Positions 25,580 to 35,332 of a stretch of DNA of 64,000 nucleotides are shown in pieces (positions within the stretch are counted from its first letter, which is position 1; each line of letters begins with the position of its first letter). A program made the position numbers and the translations under genes. The notes under the pieces are model-generated. The model saw only the letters and a program-made list of their open reading frames with translations. It had not been told where the DNA came from and did not search any database. Source of the stretch: Candidatus Fermentibacter sp. (GTDB lineage: Bacteria; Fermentibacterota; Fermentibacteria; Fermentibacterales; Fermentibacteraceae); assembly GCA_030373045.1 (NCBI GenBank), contig JAUCPW010000018.1, positions 17,078 to 81,077 on the forward strand. Reading direction: 5' to 3'.

Positions 25580-27813
25580 CCCTGCCGGCCCTGGCCCTCG
25601 TCATCCTCGCTGCATCGCCGGAGGTCGGGGAGTGGAACCTCCTGACGTCCATGACCCATGTGAGATCGGCGCAGGCCACCCCCGACGGCCTCTGGTGCGC
25701 CACGTCGGGCGGGGTCTTCTTCTATTCCTTCTCGGGCGGATTCCAGACCGAGTACCGCTACCCCGGCGACCTTCCCCACTTCGCCGTGGACGACGTCCTC
25801 CTCGACACCCAGGGCAGGCTCTGGTGCGCCACGGAGGACGGCCTGGCCCTGCTCGAGAACGGCGAGTGGACCGTGTACACCTCCTTCGAGGGGATCCCGG
25901 GCTCCGGCGCGGTGACGGATGTGGAGCAGGCCGGGTCCTGGATCTGGGCCGGGTCGGACGGCGGCCTGGCGCGATGGGACGGCACCGGGTTCCTGCATCT
26001 CGACGAGGATCTCACCCAGGGCGGCTTCCCCGCGGATGAAGTCGACGCCCTCGCACAGAGGGACGATTCGCTCTGGATAGCCACCGGGCTCGGAGTCTTC
26101 TCGCTCGATCTGGGCGCGAGCCCGTTCTCGAAGGATTCGTGGCATCTCTGGCCGGGGACGCAGGGCCTGGGGATCGAGGGATTCCTGGCCGCCCCCGACA
26201 GCCTGTACGGATTCGGCACGGGCGGCGTCTTCAGGAGGGATGCCGCCGCATGGACGGTGCTCCTCGACTATTCGGGCTCTGCCGACAGCACGGTGATGGA
26301 TCTCGTCCAGACCCCGGACGGGCTCCTGGCGGCATGCTACGGAGTGCGCCGCAGGATCTCCGGAACCGTCTGGGAGCCCTGGGGAGAGGGCTTCCCCCCC
26401 GGCACCCAGGCCACGTTCCTCGCCGTGGGCGGGGGCTCGGTCTGGTGCGGCGAGGGCTCCCTCCACTGGACCAATACCGACTACGGCAGGGGGCTCGCAC
26501 GGCTCGACTCGGGGATATGGACCACGCTGCAGATCCCGGGGCTGCCCGCGAGGAGCTGCTATCAGCCGGCCTTCGTCGACGGCGTGTTCTACTCCGGCAG
26601 CCACAACGCCGGGCTCATGGCCCGCTACGGCGACACCTGGACGACCTTCGACCAGGAGGACGGCCTCCCCACCACGCTGCGCGTCTACCCGGCCGTCGAG
26701 GCCCCGGGCGGGACGGTATGGACCGCCAGCTACCACTACGGCCTGACCTGGGTCGACGACGGAGGCACGCCAGGAGGTTCCGACGACAGCCTGGTCACAT
26801 TCGTGAGCGACAGCACCGGGATGCCGCCCTCGGTCACCCAGATCGAGTGCCCTCTCCTCAACAACCAGGTAGTCTGCCTGGTGTCGGATGGCGGGACGCT
26901 CTGGATCGGCCACGAGCCCTTCTGGTCCGCTCCCGGCGAACCGAGCGGGATCTCGGTCTGCGTGGGCGACCCCGCCTCGGGCGACCTCCAGTGGGCCACC
27001 TTCGGGGAAGGAGAGGGGCTAGCCTCGGGCAACATCCGCTCCCTTTACAGGCATGGAGCGGGCGGCCTGTGGATCGCATTCTCGGGTGACGCCGGGTGCC
27101 AGTACCTCGACTTCGCCGGCACGCCCCTCGTGCACTCCGACGACACCTGGCTCCCCGCACCGGGCCAGGCGTACGGAGCATCCCAAGGGCTCCCCTCGAA
27201 CCAGGTCTTCTCGTTCTGCGACGACGCCCAGGGGGGCGTCCTCGTCGGGACGGGCGCCGGGCTCGCCCGGTGGGATCCGTCGACCGGCTTCTCCATCGTC
27301 GAAGGCGTTTCCGGGACCATCAAGGCCCTCGCCCTGGACGGCGACGGCACGGCATGGTGCCTGGGCACCTCCGGCATCTCGGCGGTCGATGGAGCCTCGG
27401 TGGCGTACTACTCCGAGTCGAACTCGCCGTTCATCCCCTCCGGCAGGGTCGAGAACGAGTTCGCCCTCTGGGATGAGGAGTCGGGAAGGATGATGCTCTC
27501 CTCGGCCATCGGATTCTGGGTCCTCGATACGGGAGCCGGCTCCGGGGCCTCGAGCGGGCCCTCGTTCTACCCCCAGCCCTTCCTGCCGGGCGACGGGAGC
27601 GTCCTGCGCCTCGCCGGGGCGGGCGAGGGGCCCGTGGAGGTGGGGCTCTACTCGGTGGACGGAGCGTTCATCACGTCGGTGGAGGCCGCCTCCCCGGACG
27701 AATGGTACTGGGACGGGGCTTCCGGGGGTGAAACCGTGGCAGGCGGCATCTATCTGGCATTGATCGTGTCGGAATCGGGAACTGCAGTCTCAAAGCTGGC
27801 GGTAGTCAGATGA
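25576..27813 (+). CDS. secreted beta-propeller repeat protein with C-terminal FlgD-Ig / T9SS-type sorting domain
   Basis: ATG 25576 overlaps upstream stop (ATGA); signal peptide MTLPALALVILAAS; repeated …GLW/LWCAT…G…W… propeller-like repeats; C-terminal FYPQPFLPGDGSVLRL…VGLYSVDGAFI…WYWDGASGGETVAGGIYLALI… CTD. Confidence 0.6.
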   Translation: MTLPALALVILAASPEVGEWNLLTSMTHVRSAQATPDGLWCATSGGVFFYSFSGGFQTEYRYPGDLPHFAVDDVLLDTQGRLWCATEDGLALLENGEWTVYTSFEGIPGSGAVTDVEQAGSWIWAGSDGGLARWDGTGFLHLDEDLTQGGFPADEVDALAQRDDSLWIATGLGVFSLDLGASPFSKDSWHLWPGTQGLGIEGFLAAPDSLYGFGTGGVFRRDAAAWTVLLDYSGSADSTVMDLVQTPDGLLAACYGVRRRISGTVWEPWGEGFPPGTQATFLAVGGGSVWCGEGSLHWTNTDYGRGLARLDSGIWTTLQIPGLPARSCYQPAFVDGVFYSGSHNAGLMARYGDTWTTFDQEDGLPTTLRVYPAVEAPGGTVWTASYHYGLTWVDDGGTPGGSDDSLVTFVSDSTGMPPSVTQIECPLLNNQVVCLVSDGGTLWIGHEPFWSAPGEPSGISVCVGDPASGDLQWATFGEGEGLASGNIRSLYRHGAGGLWIAFSGDAGCQYLDFAGTPLVHSDDTWLPAPGQAYGASQGLPSNQVFSFCDDAQGGVLVGTGAGLARWDPSTGFSIVEGVSGTIKALALDGDGTAWCLGTSGISAVDGASVAYYSESNSPFIPSGRVENEFALWDEESGRMMLSSAIGFWVLDTGAGSGASSGPSFYPQPFLPGDGSVLRLAGAGEGPVEVGLYSVDGAFITSVEAASPDEWYWDGASGGETVAGGIYLALIVSESGTAVSKLAVVR

Positions 27814-28790
27814 TCAGGGCAAGACAGCTCGAGTTCGGTGACAGGGAGAGGTGGGCGGAATTCGTCAGGCTCTCCTCCAACGGCACCCTCTTCCACCTCC
27901 CGGAATTCTTCGACTACCACCCGCCCGGGCGGTTCGACAACCATCACGTGGTCCTCGAGGACGAGGGCGACGGCTCGTTCGTCGCGATCGCCACCGGGGC
28001 CCTGTCCACCGTGAACGGCGAGCGCTGGTTCAGATCGTATCCCGGGGCGTCGTGGGGCGGCCTGGTACTCAACGACGGCGCCGGGCTGGAGACGGTCGAG
28101 GAGTGCGTCGACGCACTGATCGCCCATGCGAGGGGCCTGGGCGCGGCCGGGATGGAGATGACCTCCCCGCCCCTCGTCTATCACAGGCGCCCGTCGAACT
28201 ACCTCGACTTCGCCCTGGTCAGGCGCGGCTTCACGTACCGGAAGAGGGAGCTCACCGCGGTCATCGACCTCGGCAGGATGGGCGACGAGGTGGAGCTGGC
28301 GTTCCGCGACGCCGCCAGGAGGGGAGCCTCCCGGGCCAGGAGGATGGGCATCGAGGTCTTCGAGGAGCCTGACTTCTCCGCCTTCTACCCGGTGCTCGAG
28401 ACGAACCTCCAGGAGCGCCACGGGGTGAGGCCGACGCACACCATCGAGGAGCTCGAGAGGCTGAGAGACCTCCTGGGCCCCGGCATGATCACGCAGTTCG
28501 TGGCGAGGGGCGAGCAGGGCGTCCTGGCCGGGATGGTGATGTTCAGGTGCAACCCCAGGGTCACCCTGGCCTTCTACATCTCGCACGACGCGCGATTCCA
28601 GGCCCTGCGCCCGGTCAACCTGGTGTACCAGGAGGTGATCAGGTGGGCGAGGGACTCGGGCTACAGGCACCTCGACCTCGGCACATTCACCCTCGACATG
28701 CAGGTGAACCGCGGGCTCTGCCGCTTCAAGGAGTCGTTCAGCGCCAGGGGCCATTTCAGGGACACCTTCACGGGCAGGATAGACGGATGA
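27810..28790 (+). CDS. FemAB-family (GNAT-fold) aminoacyl/acyl transferase
   Basis: ATGA-coupled; 326 aa with two-lobed GNAT-like pattern (…LFHLPEFFDYH…; …VLAGMVMFRCNPRVTLAFYISHD…) as in FemAB/Acetyltransf_6-type proteins. Confidence 0.5.
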   Translation: MIRARQLEFGDRERWAEFVRLSSNGTLFHLPEFFDYHPPGRFDNHHVVLEDEGDGSFVAIATGALSTVNGERWFRSYPGASWGGLVLNDGAGLETVEECVDALIAHARGLGAAGMEMTSPPLVYHRRPSNYLDFALVRRGFTYRKRELTAVIDLGRMGDEVELAFRDAARRGASRARRMGIEVFEEPDFSAFYPVLETNLQERHGVRPTHTIEELERLRDLLGPGMITQFVARGEQGVLAGMVMFRCNPRVTLAFYISHDARFQALRPVNLVYQEVIRWARDSGYRHLDLGTFTLDMQVNRGLCRFKESFSARGHFRDTFTGRIDG

Positions 28791-28800
28791 CCGGAGGGGC

Positions 28801-30060
28801 ATGATCCCTCCCGCCTCCCGGTCGCTGCTGATATGGATAGCGCTCACGGGGCTCGTGTTCGGGGGCAGGCTCTGCACTACCGACGTCCTCGCCCAGCTCC
28901 AGGTCGCGCAGTCGTTCACGGGGGCGAGGCCCTTCCTCACCGCCTCCGACGGCTGGACGGTCGAAGGCGTCGACGGGCGGAGCTACGTCCCCCACGGGAT
29001 CGGATACTCCGTCCTCCTGCTGCCTGCCGCCCTGGCGGGCCTCGCCGCCGGGGAGGCAGTGGCCAGGATCTCGACGGCTCTGACGTGTGCAGCCCTTTCC
29101 GCCTGTCTGTTCGCGGTATGGAGGTCGCTGTGCGTGTCCGTGAACGGAGCCCCGCCTCCGGCATGGAAGGCCCTCGCCGTGATGACCGGCGGCATGGCGC
29201 TCGTATATGCCCGGCTTCCCTTCGACGTCACCGCCGCAGCGCTCCTGTGCACGGCGTCGCTCTGTGCGGCTTCATCCGGAAGGGACCGTGCCGCCGGCTT
29301 CCTGATCGGGGCCGCGCTGCTGGTGCGGCTCGACAGCGCGGTGTTCCTCCCTTCGCTCGTGTACGGGTGGAGGCGGGGCGCGAGGCTCGTCCCGGGCGTC
29401 GCATGCGCCCTCGCGCTGATCGCGGCGGCGAACCTGTACCGGTTCGGATCGATTCTTTCGGACGGGCACTCCCAGGACCCGGCCATGGCCCTGGAACCCG
29501 GGCTGGCCGGGCTCGCGGGCCTTCTCGCCAGCCCGGGCAAGGGGCTCGTCTGGTTCGCTCCGGTCGTGCTCCCCGCGGCATCGCGCCACAGGGGGTGGAG
29601 GCTGGCCGCCCCGCTCGCATTCAGCCTCGTCCTCCATTCCATGCTGCACGACTGGACGGGCGGTACGGGATGGGGCCCGAGGTTCCTGTTCCCGGCCCTG
29701 CCGGCGTTCCTCGTCCCGCTTGCGGCTCCGCGCCGGGAGGGGGGCCTCTTCGGGCTGACGGCGGCCTGGGGCGTCATCCTGACAGTCGCCGCCGTCTGGT
29801 CCAATCCATCGGTGATCGAGAGATCCCTCGGAGCCGACGCCTTCGAGGACCCGACGAGGCAGGCCGTGATCTGGCAGCCGTCGAGATCGCCCCTGCTCCA
29901 CTCGGTCTCGTCGATCGGCTCGGGCACCCCGGACCTGTTCTGCCTCGGGGTGCTGGCAGAGTCGCGCACCGCCGGCACGGCCGCCTGCATCATGCAGGGC
30001 GCATGGGTCCTCGGCGCCCTGGCCCTGGCCGGGGCGCGCCGCAGGGGAGGCCCTGGATGA
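28801..30060 (+). CDS. polytopic membrane protein (candidate Wzy-type polymerase or GT-C glycosyltransferase)
   Basis: 419 aa, ~10 hydrophobic segments, no soluble-domain motifs recognised. Confidence 0.4.
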   Translation: MIPPASRSLLIWIALTGLVFGGRLCTTDVLAQLQVAQSFTGARPFLTASDGWTVEGVDGRSYVPHGIGYSVLLLPAALAGLAAGEAVARISTALTCAALSACLFAVWRSLCVSVNGAPPPAWKALAVMTGGMALVYARLPFDVTAAALLCTASLCAASSGRDRAAGFLIGAALLVRLDSAVFLPSLVYGWRRGARLVPGVACALALIAAANLYRFGSILSDGHSQDPAMALEPGLAGLAGLLASPGKGLVWFAPVVLPAASRHRGWRLAAPLAFSLVLHSMLHDWTGGTGWGPRFLFPALPAFLVPLAAPRREGGLFGLTAAWGVILTVAAVWSNPSVIERSLGADAFEDPTRQAVIWQPSRSPLLHSVSSIGSGTPDLFCLGVLAESRTAGTAACIMQGAWVLGALALAGARRRGGPG

Positions 30061-31136
30061 GAATCCTCCACGTCTCTCCCCAGAACTACACCGGGGTGCT
30101 CGCGCTGTATCCGAAGGGGCATCGCGCCCTCGGCCACGAGAGCCGCCTCGTCACGTTCTTCAGGGCGGGCAACAGGTACGAGGAGGACATCTGCCTCGAG
30201 CTGCCCTTCGTGGGCCCCATGGAGTGGCTCTGGAAGGTGAAGAGGCTGGTGGGCGCCGGGAGCATGAGGGTGCCCTTCACCGGAACCAGTGACAGGATCA
30301 CCTGGACGCCGGGCCTGCTCGAAAGGCTCCTGCTCTCGCTCCGGAACGCCGTCTGGACCCCCCGGATAGACAGGGCGCGGAGGCGCTGGTCCCTCGACGA
30401 CTTCGACATCTACCACTACGAGGGAGGCATGAGCTTCTACAGGGACGGCAGGGACGTCACGCGCCTGAAGGCCGCCGGGAAGAGGATCGTGTCGAACTAC
30501 CACGGTCTCGATCTGAGGATGAGGGGGGCGATCAGGCCGGTCTGGGACGCCACCGACGTCCACGTCACGTGCGAGTTCGACCTCTTCAGGAGATATGACG
30601 AGCTGGAGTACATGTTCCTGCCGTTCGACCCCTCGCTCATGCCCCCGCGGGGGCCCGACGGAGGGACCGTGAGGATCTGCCATGCCCCCCGCATACGCGA
30701 GGTGAAGGGGACCGCGACGGTCATCGAGGCGGTCGAGCGTCTCTCCCGCCGGATGCCCGTGGAGCTGGTGCTGATCGAGGGCCTGCCGCACGCCAGGGCG
30801 CTCGCCCTCAAGGCTTCCTGCCACATATCGATAGACCAGATCGCGAGCGGAGAGATGGGTTACGGGGTGAACTCGCTGGAGAGCCTCTCGATGGGGATCC
30901 CCACGGTCACCAACCTGTCGGAGGAGTACAGGGACTTCATACCCGACCACCCGTTCGTCCTGGCGACCCCCGATACCCTCGGAGCGGTCCTCGGGGAGCT
31001 CGTCCTCGATCCCGGCATGAGGTCGAGATATGGTGCCGCCGGCCCGCCCTGGATCGATGCGCGGCACCACTGGCTGAAGGTGGCCCGCGACATTCACGCC
31101 CTCTACCGCAGGATGGGATGGGAGAGCGATGGCTGA
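30057..31136 (+). CDS. glycosyltransferase family 1 (GT-B)
   Basis: ATG 30057 overlapping upstream stop (ATGA); C-terminal …SLSMGIPTVTNLSEE… GT-B sugar-donor binding half. Confidence 0.6.
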   Translation: MRILHVSPQNYTGVLALYPKGHRALGHESRLVTFFRAGNRYEEDICLELPFVGPMEWLWKVKRLVGAGSMRVPFTGTSDRITWTPGLLERLLLSLRNAVWTPRIDRARRRWSLDDFDIYHYEGGMSFYRDGRDVTRLKAAGKRIVSNYHGLDLRMRGAIRPVWDATDVHVTCEFDLFRRYDELEYMFLPFDPSLMPPRGPDGGTVRICHAPRIREVKGTATVIEAVERLSRRMPVELVLIEGLPHARALALKASCHISIDQIASGEMGYGVNSLESLSMGIPTVTNLSEEYRDFIPDHPFVLATPDTLGAVLGELVLDPGMRSRYGAAGPPWIDARHHWLKVARDIHALYRRMGWESDG

Positions 31137-32514
31137 CGGGCTCCGCAGGGAGACGCTGCTGTACGGGCTCTCGACGATCGTGAGCGGCCTCGTGATGCTC
31201 GCTTTCCTGCCCTTCATGTCGGAATGGCTCGATCCGGCGGAGGCGGGCGAGTCGGGCGTCCTCAGGATCACCGCCGAGGTCTTCGCCGGCATCGCGGTGC
31301 TCGGGCTGCCCGTGGGCATCGTCAGGCTCTGGAGCCGGGATGGTGTTTCGAAGCGGGCGGTGGTGATCCGCGCCGCCTCAGGCACCGTCGCGGCGGCGGC
31401 GATCCTGGGTGCGGCCGCATTCCTGCTGTCGCCGTGGCTCAGGTCGGTGCTCAGCATATCGACGCCTTCGGGCCTCCTCCACGCCTGCCTGCTGGGTACC
31501 GGGGCCGCCCTGGTGCAGGTCGCACTCACCTTCCACAGGGCGGACGGCAGGGCGGGGAGCTATTTCTGGGTTCAGGCCGCGCGCGGGCTCCTCTCGCTGG
31601 CCCTGCTGCCCCTCCTCCTTCTCGCGGGGGCCGGAGGGGTCAACTCGTTCCTGGCCGCGAGGTGGGTACCGGCGATGCTGGCGGCCGCGACCGCCATCCT
31701 GGTCGCCCTGCATTTCGCAGGCCCCTCTCCGGGGAGCGCGAAGGGCCTCCTCCGCTACAGCCTGCCCCTGGTGCCCGCGGGGCTGGCGATGCTCGTACTC
31801 TCGTCCGCGGACATGATGATGCTCAGGAGCATGGCCCCCGATCTCCTCGAGAGCGGCTACTACGAATGGTCGTCTTCGGCCTGCATGGCCCTGACGCCGC
31901 TGACCATAGGATTCGGGATGGCCTGGCACAGGAGGGTCTTCGGAGCCGCCGGCCAGCCGGGAGGGCTCGCCAGGCTGGGCAGGCAGGCGCTCGCCTTCAT
32001 CGTCGTGCTCGAGGCCGCCGCCCTGCTGCTGGCCCTGTCCTCGCGCGAGCTCGTGGAGCTGGTCGGAGGCCCGGACTACTCTGGTGCGGCCCGGGTGCTC
32101 CCCATTCTCGCCGGATCGGCCGCCCTGTACGGGGTGTTCATCGTGGCGCAGACCGGCCCTCTGCTCTCGGGCAGGACCTGGCAGGTCTCGATGGCCACGG
32201 TCATAGGCGCATTCGGCAACATCGTCTTCAACTACAGGCTGATACCGCTCTACGGCGCTTCGGGCGCCGCACTGGCCACCCTGGGCACCAATCTCTTCAT
32301 GGCCGCGAGCCTCTTCTGGACTGGCCGCGCATCGTTCCCCGCGAACGCTCCGCTGATCGCGCTCGTCATGGCCGTCCCGGCCGCGATGGGCCCCGTCTCG
32401 ACGCTCTCCCTCCCGCTCAGGGCGACGATCGCAGTCGCGTGGACAGCCGGCTCGGCGCTCCTGTGCCGCGCCCTGCTCCGGGAGGACGCCCGGGAGGAGG
32501 GCGGGGATGCCTGA
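31129..32514 (+). CDS. wzx: Wzx-like oligosaccharide flippase (MOP superfamily)
   Basis: 461 aa, ~12-14 TM, polysaccharide-biosynthesis-protein pattern. Confidence 0.55.
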   Translation: MADGLRRETLLYGLSTIVSGLVMLAFLPFMSEWLDPAEAGESGVLRITAEVFAGIAVLGLPVGIVRLWSRDGVSKRAVVIRAASGTVAAAAILGAAAFLLSPWLRSVLSISTPSGLLHACLLGTGAALVQVALTFHRADGRAGSYFWVQAARGLLSLALLPLLLLAGAGGVNSFLAARWVPAMLAAATAILVALHFAGPSPGSAKGLLRYSLPLVPAGLAMLVLSSADMMMLRSMAPDLLESGYYEWSSSACMALTPLTIGFGMAWHRRVFGAAGQPGGLARLGRQALAFIVVLEAAALLLALSSRELVELVGGPDYSGAARVLPILAGSAALYGVFIVAQTGPLLSGRTWQVSMATVIGAFGNIVFNYRLIPLYGASGAALATLGTNLFMAASLFWTGRASFPANAPLIALVMAVPAAMGPVSTLSLPLRATIAVAWTAGSALLCRALLREDAREEGGDA

Positions 32515-33454
32515 TCAGACGCCAGCAGTATCGGTGCAGGTCCCGGTCAGGAATCCGGGGGCCGCCTTCGCGGCCTTTCTCGGCTCGCTGTCCGTGCAGG
32601 GAGCGGGCGGGACGGAATACGAACTGATCGTGGTCGACGACGGCAGCGACGAACCCGTGGGCGAACGCTTCGACCTGCGCCCGGAGGGCTGCACGAGGAT
32701 GGAACTCGTCAGGCTCCAGGGGCGCGGCAACAGGCCCCGGGCGAGGAACGCGGCCCTCGAGGCCTCGAAGGCGCCGGTGTCGTTCTTCACCGACGCTGAT
32801 CTGAGGCTGGCTCCGGGCGTCCTGGCGGGACACGCCGCCTTCCACGGATCCCGCGGAGGCAGGGCCGTGCTTCGCGGCCTGCGGATCAACGCCTGGTCGG
32901 TCTCCGCCACCCGCTGGCAGAAGTGGTTCGACACGAGGGCGGGCGGAGCCGGAGGCACTCTCTCCGCCATGCCCTGGAGGCACTTCGTAACCGGGAACGC
33001 ATCGGTGCCGAGGGATCTGGCCGTGGAGGCGGGGCTCTTCGACGAGATGATAACGGGCTACGGGGGCGAGGACACCGAGTTCGCATACCGGCTCCACCTC
33101 GCCGGGGCCTCGTTCTTCCGCGACCCGTCCCTGAGGGCGGACCATCTCGACGACGTGTCGGTGCGCAGGCATTCCGCGAAGATGGAGGAGTACGGTTCTA
33201 CAGGCCTGGCGTACACCCTCTCGAAGCACCCCGGGCTCGTCGGGCTGCTGGGAACCGCCTGGGTCCCGGAGCACGCGCGGGGTCCGGCCGGACGCCTGAG
33301 GGCCGCTCTGGTGAAGGCCGCCGTCTCCGACCCCGTCTACCGTTCGATCCTGCGCTTGATGGAGCTCGTGGGCCGTCCGGGCCTCCTGTTCACATATCTA
33401 TCGGTCGGAGCATGTCTTCGCGGCTACACCCGGAGGAGCCATGACGGAACCTGA
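32507..33454 (+). CDS. glycosyltransferase family 2
   Basis: …YELIVVDDGSDEP… and …GYGGEDTEFAYRL… GT2 motifs. Confidence 0.6.
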   Translation: MPDQTPAVSVQVPVRNPGAAFAAFLGSLSVQGAGGTEYELIVVDDGSDEPVGERFDLRPEGCTRMELVRLQGRGNRPRARNAALEASKAPVSFFTDADLRLAPGVLAGHAAFHGSRGGRAVLRGLRINAWSVSATRWQKWFDTRAGGAGGTLSAMPWRHFVTGNASVPRDLAVEAGLFDEMITGYGGEDTEFAYRLHLAGASFFRDPSLRADHLDDVSVRRHSAKMEEYGSTGLAYTLSKHPGLVGLLGTAWVPEHARGPAGRLRAALVKAAVSDPVYRSILRLMELVGRPGLLFTYLSVGACLRGYTRRSHDGT

Positions 33455-34379
33455 CGCCATCGGAGCCCTGTCCGCAGCCTTCCCCGGCCGCATCCGCACG
33501 GCCCACCTGGCCGACCTGACGACATGGCGCATCGGAGGTGAAGCTTCGGTCATGGAGGCCGACTCGCCGGGGATGCTCGAGGAGGTCACCGGAACTGCGA
33601 GGGATCTGGGCGTCGGCATCTTCGTCCTGGGCCGGGGCTCCAACATCCTGGCCTCCGACTCCGGTTGCGACGGGCTCGTCATCAGGCTCTCCGGTGCATT
33701 CCGCCAGGTCCTGTGGCGGAGGGAAGGCGACCTGTGGAGGGTCGAGGCGGGCGCATCCGCCATGCTCCCGGGTCTTGCCGGCGCTTCGTGCATGAAGGGC
33801 GCGGCAGGGCTGGAGTTCGCCGCGGGCATACCGGGCACCGTCGGCGGGGCTGTCTTCATGAACGCCGGGGCCTACGGGGCCAGCATCTCCGAACTGGTGT
33901 CCTCCGTCCGGTTCCTGTCGGAGAAGGGATGGGCGACGGCGGGCAGGGAGGGATGCGGGTTCGGGTACAGGACGAGCGCCTTCCAGTCGTCCTCCGGAAT
34001 CGTGGCTTCGGTCGTCCTCGAACTCCGCGCCGGGGACGCGGCCGCCCTCATGGAGTCCGCATCGGGCATCCTCCGGAAGCGGCGGGAGTCGTTCCCCCTC
34101 GAGCTGCCCAATGCAGGCAGCGTGTTCAGGAGGACGGAGGGGGCTCCTCCCCCCGGCAGGCTCATCGAGGAGGCCGGGCTCAAGGGCAGGAGGGCGGGGG
34201 GAGCCATGATATCCGACCTGCACGCCAACTTCATCGTGAACACGGGAGGTGCCTCATCGGGCGACGTCACCGACCTCGTGGGGGATGCCAGGAGGGCGGT
34301 CTACGAGACGTCGGGGGTCTCCCTGGTCGAGGAGATCAGGTATCTCGGCCGCTTCGGCGGACAGACCGAGGGGCGTTAG
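33441..34379 (+). CDS. murB: UDP-N-acetylenolpyruvoylglucosamine reductase (MurB) homologue
   Basis: FAD-binding …GIFVLGRGSNILASD…, …AGIPGTVGGAVFMNAGAYG…, C-terminal …GGAMISDLHANFIVNTGGASSGDV… MurB pattern. Confidence 0.7.
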   Translation: MTEPDAIGALSAAFPGRIRTAHLADLTTWRIGGEASVMEADSPGMLEEVTGTARDLGVGIFVLGRGSNILASDSGCDGLVIRLSGAFRQVLWRREGDLWRVEAGASAMLPGLAGASCMKGAAGLEFAAGIPGTVGGAVFMNAGAYGASISELVSSVRFLSEKGWATAGREGCGFGYRTSAFQSSSGIVASVVLELRAGDAAALMESASGILRKRRESFPLELPNAGSVFRRTEGAPPPGRLIEEAGLKGRRAGGAMISDLHANFIVNTGGASSGDVTDLVGDARRAVYETSGVSLVEEIRYLGRFGGQTEGR

Positions 34380-34381
34380 CC

Positions 34382-35332
34382 ATGGCAAGGACACTGGCAG
34401 GTGGAATGGTGCTCGATGACGGCCCCATCCTCGTCACGGGCGCCGCGGGTTTCGTCGGGCGCCACCTCATGTATCAGCTCGAGATGGGCGCGGGCGACTT
34501 CGCCACCGACCTCGGCGACTCCTTCGAGGCGCCGCCGGGAGTCGCCCGGCTCTCGTGGAGGCTGCCCGGAGGTCCTGTTCCGGATGCGCTCGGCGGAGGC
34601 GCGAGGTACATCGTCCACCTGGCCGGAGTCTCCTCCGTCGCCCATTCGGGGATGGACGCAGCGGGCATCTACACGGTCAACACCGCCGGGACGGCCGCCA
34701 TGCTCGAATGGGCCGTCTCGTCGTCCCCCGGCGCGAGGATCCTCTTCGTGAGCTCGTCGGAAGTCTACGGCTCGTCGTCCGGCCTGCTGACCGAGTCCTC
34801 TCCCGTCGCGCCCAGGAACGCATACGGCGGCAGCAAGGCCGCCGCCGAGGAAGCGGTCAGGCAGTTCGCCAGGTCCTCCGGCATGGACATCGTGATCGCC
34901 CGACCCTTCCCCCACTTCGGTCCGTGGCAGGATCCCCGGTTCGCCCTCCCCTCCTTCTGCCGGAGGTTACTCGAGGCCGCCAGGAGCGGGCCGCCTTCGA
35001 TCTCCGTCGGCAACCTCGCGCCCGTGAGGGATTACACCTATATAGGCGACGTCGTGGAGGCCTACTCGATCCTCCTCGCAAGAGGGAGGGCCGGGACGGT
35101 CTACAACATCGCGAGCGGGGAGGGCCGCACGATGGCCTCGATCCTGGAAATCCTGATCGGGATGTCGGGATCGGCCGTCGAAGCGGTACCCGATCCCTCC
35201 CTGCTGAGGGAATCCGACGTTTCCGTCCAGGTCGGCAGCGCCTCCCGCATGGAGGCACTCGGCTGGAGGAGGAGATACACTCTCGAGGAGGGGCTGCGCC
35301 TCCTCCTCGGCTGGTGGGGGGAGAGGACATGA
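34382..35332 (+). CDS. NAD-dependent epimerase/dehydratase (GDP-4-keto-6-deoxymannose reductase Rmd-like)
   Basis: ATG 34382 (track's 33665 start is an extension through murB); ILVTGAAGFVGRHL…SSSEVYG…AYGGSKAAAE. Confidence 0.55.
   Translation: MARTLAGGMVLDDGPILVTGAAGFVGRHLMYQLEMGAGDFATDLGDSFEAPPGVARLSWRLPGGPVPDALGGGARYIVHLAGVSSVAHSGMDAAGIYTVNTAGTAAMLEWAVSSSPGARILFVSSSEVYGSSSGLLTESSPVAPRNAYGGSKAAAEEAVRQFARSSGMDIVIARPFPHFGPWQDPRFALPSFCRRLLEAARSGPPSISVGNLAPVRDYTYIGDVVEAYSILLARGRAGTVYNIASGEGRTMASILEILIGMSGSAVEAVPDPSLLRESDVSVQVGSASRMEALGWRRRYTLEEGLRLLLGWWGERT

Noticed and set aside
28833-30056. 5' extension of the GT1 ORF, plus similar extensions 33665..34381, 34555..35328 and 38461..39276
   Set aside because: All are Arg/Pro-rich alternate-frame read-throughs of the upstream gene. 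Internal starts coincide with ATGA/TTGA stop-start overlaps and canonical N-terminal motifs.
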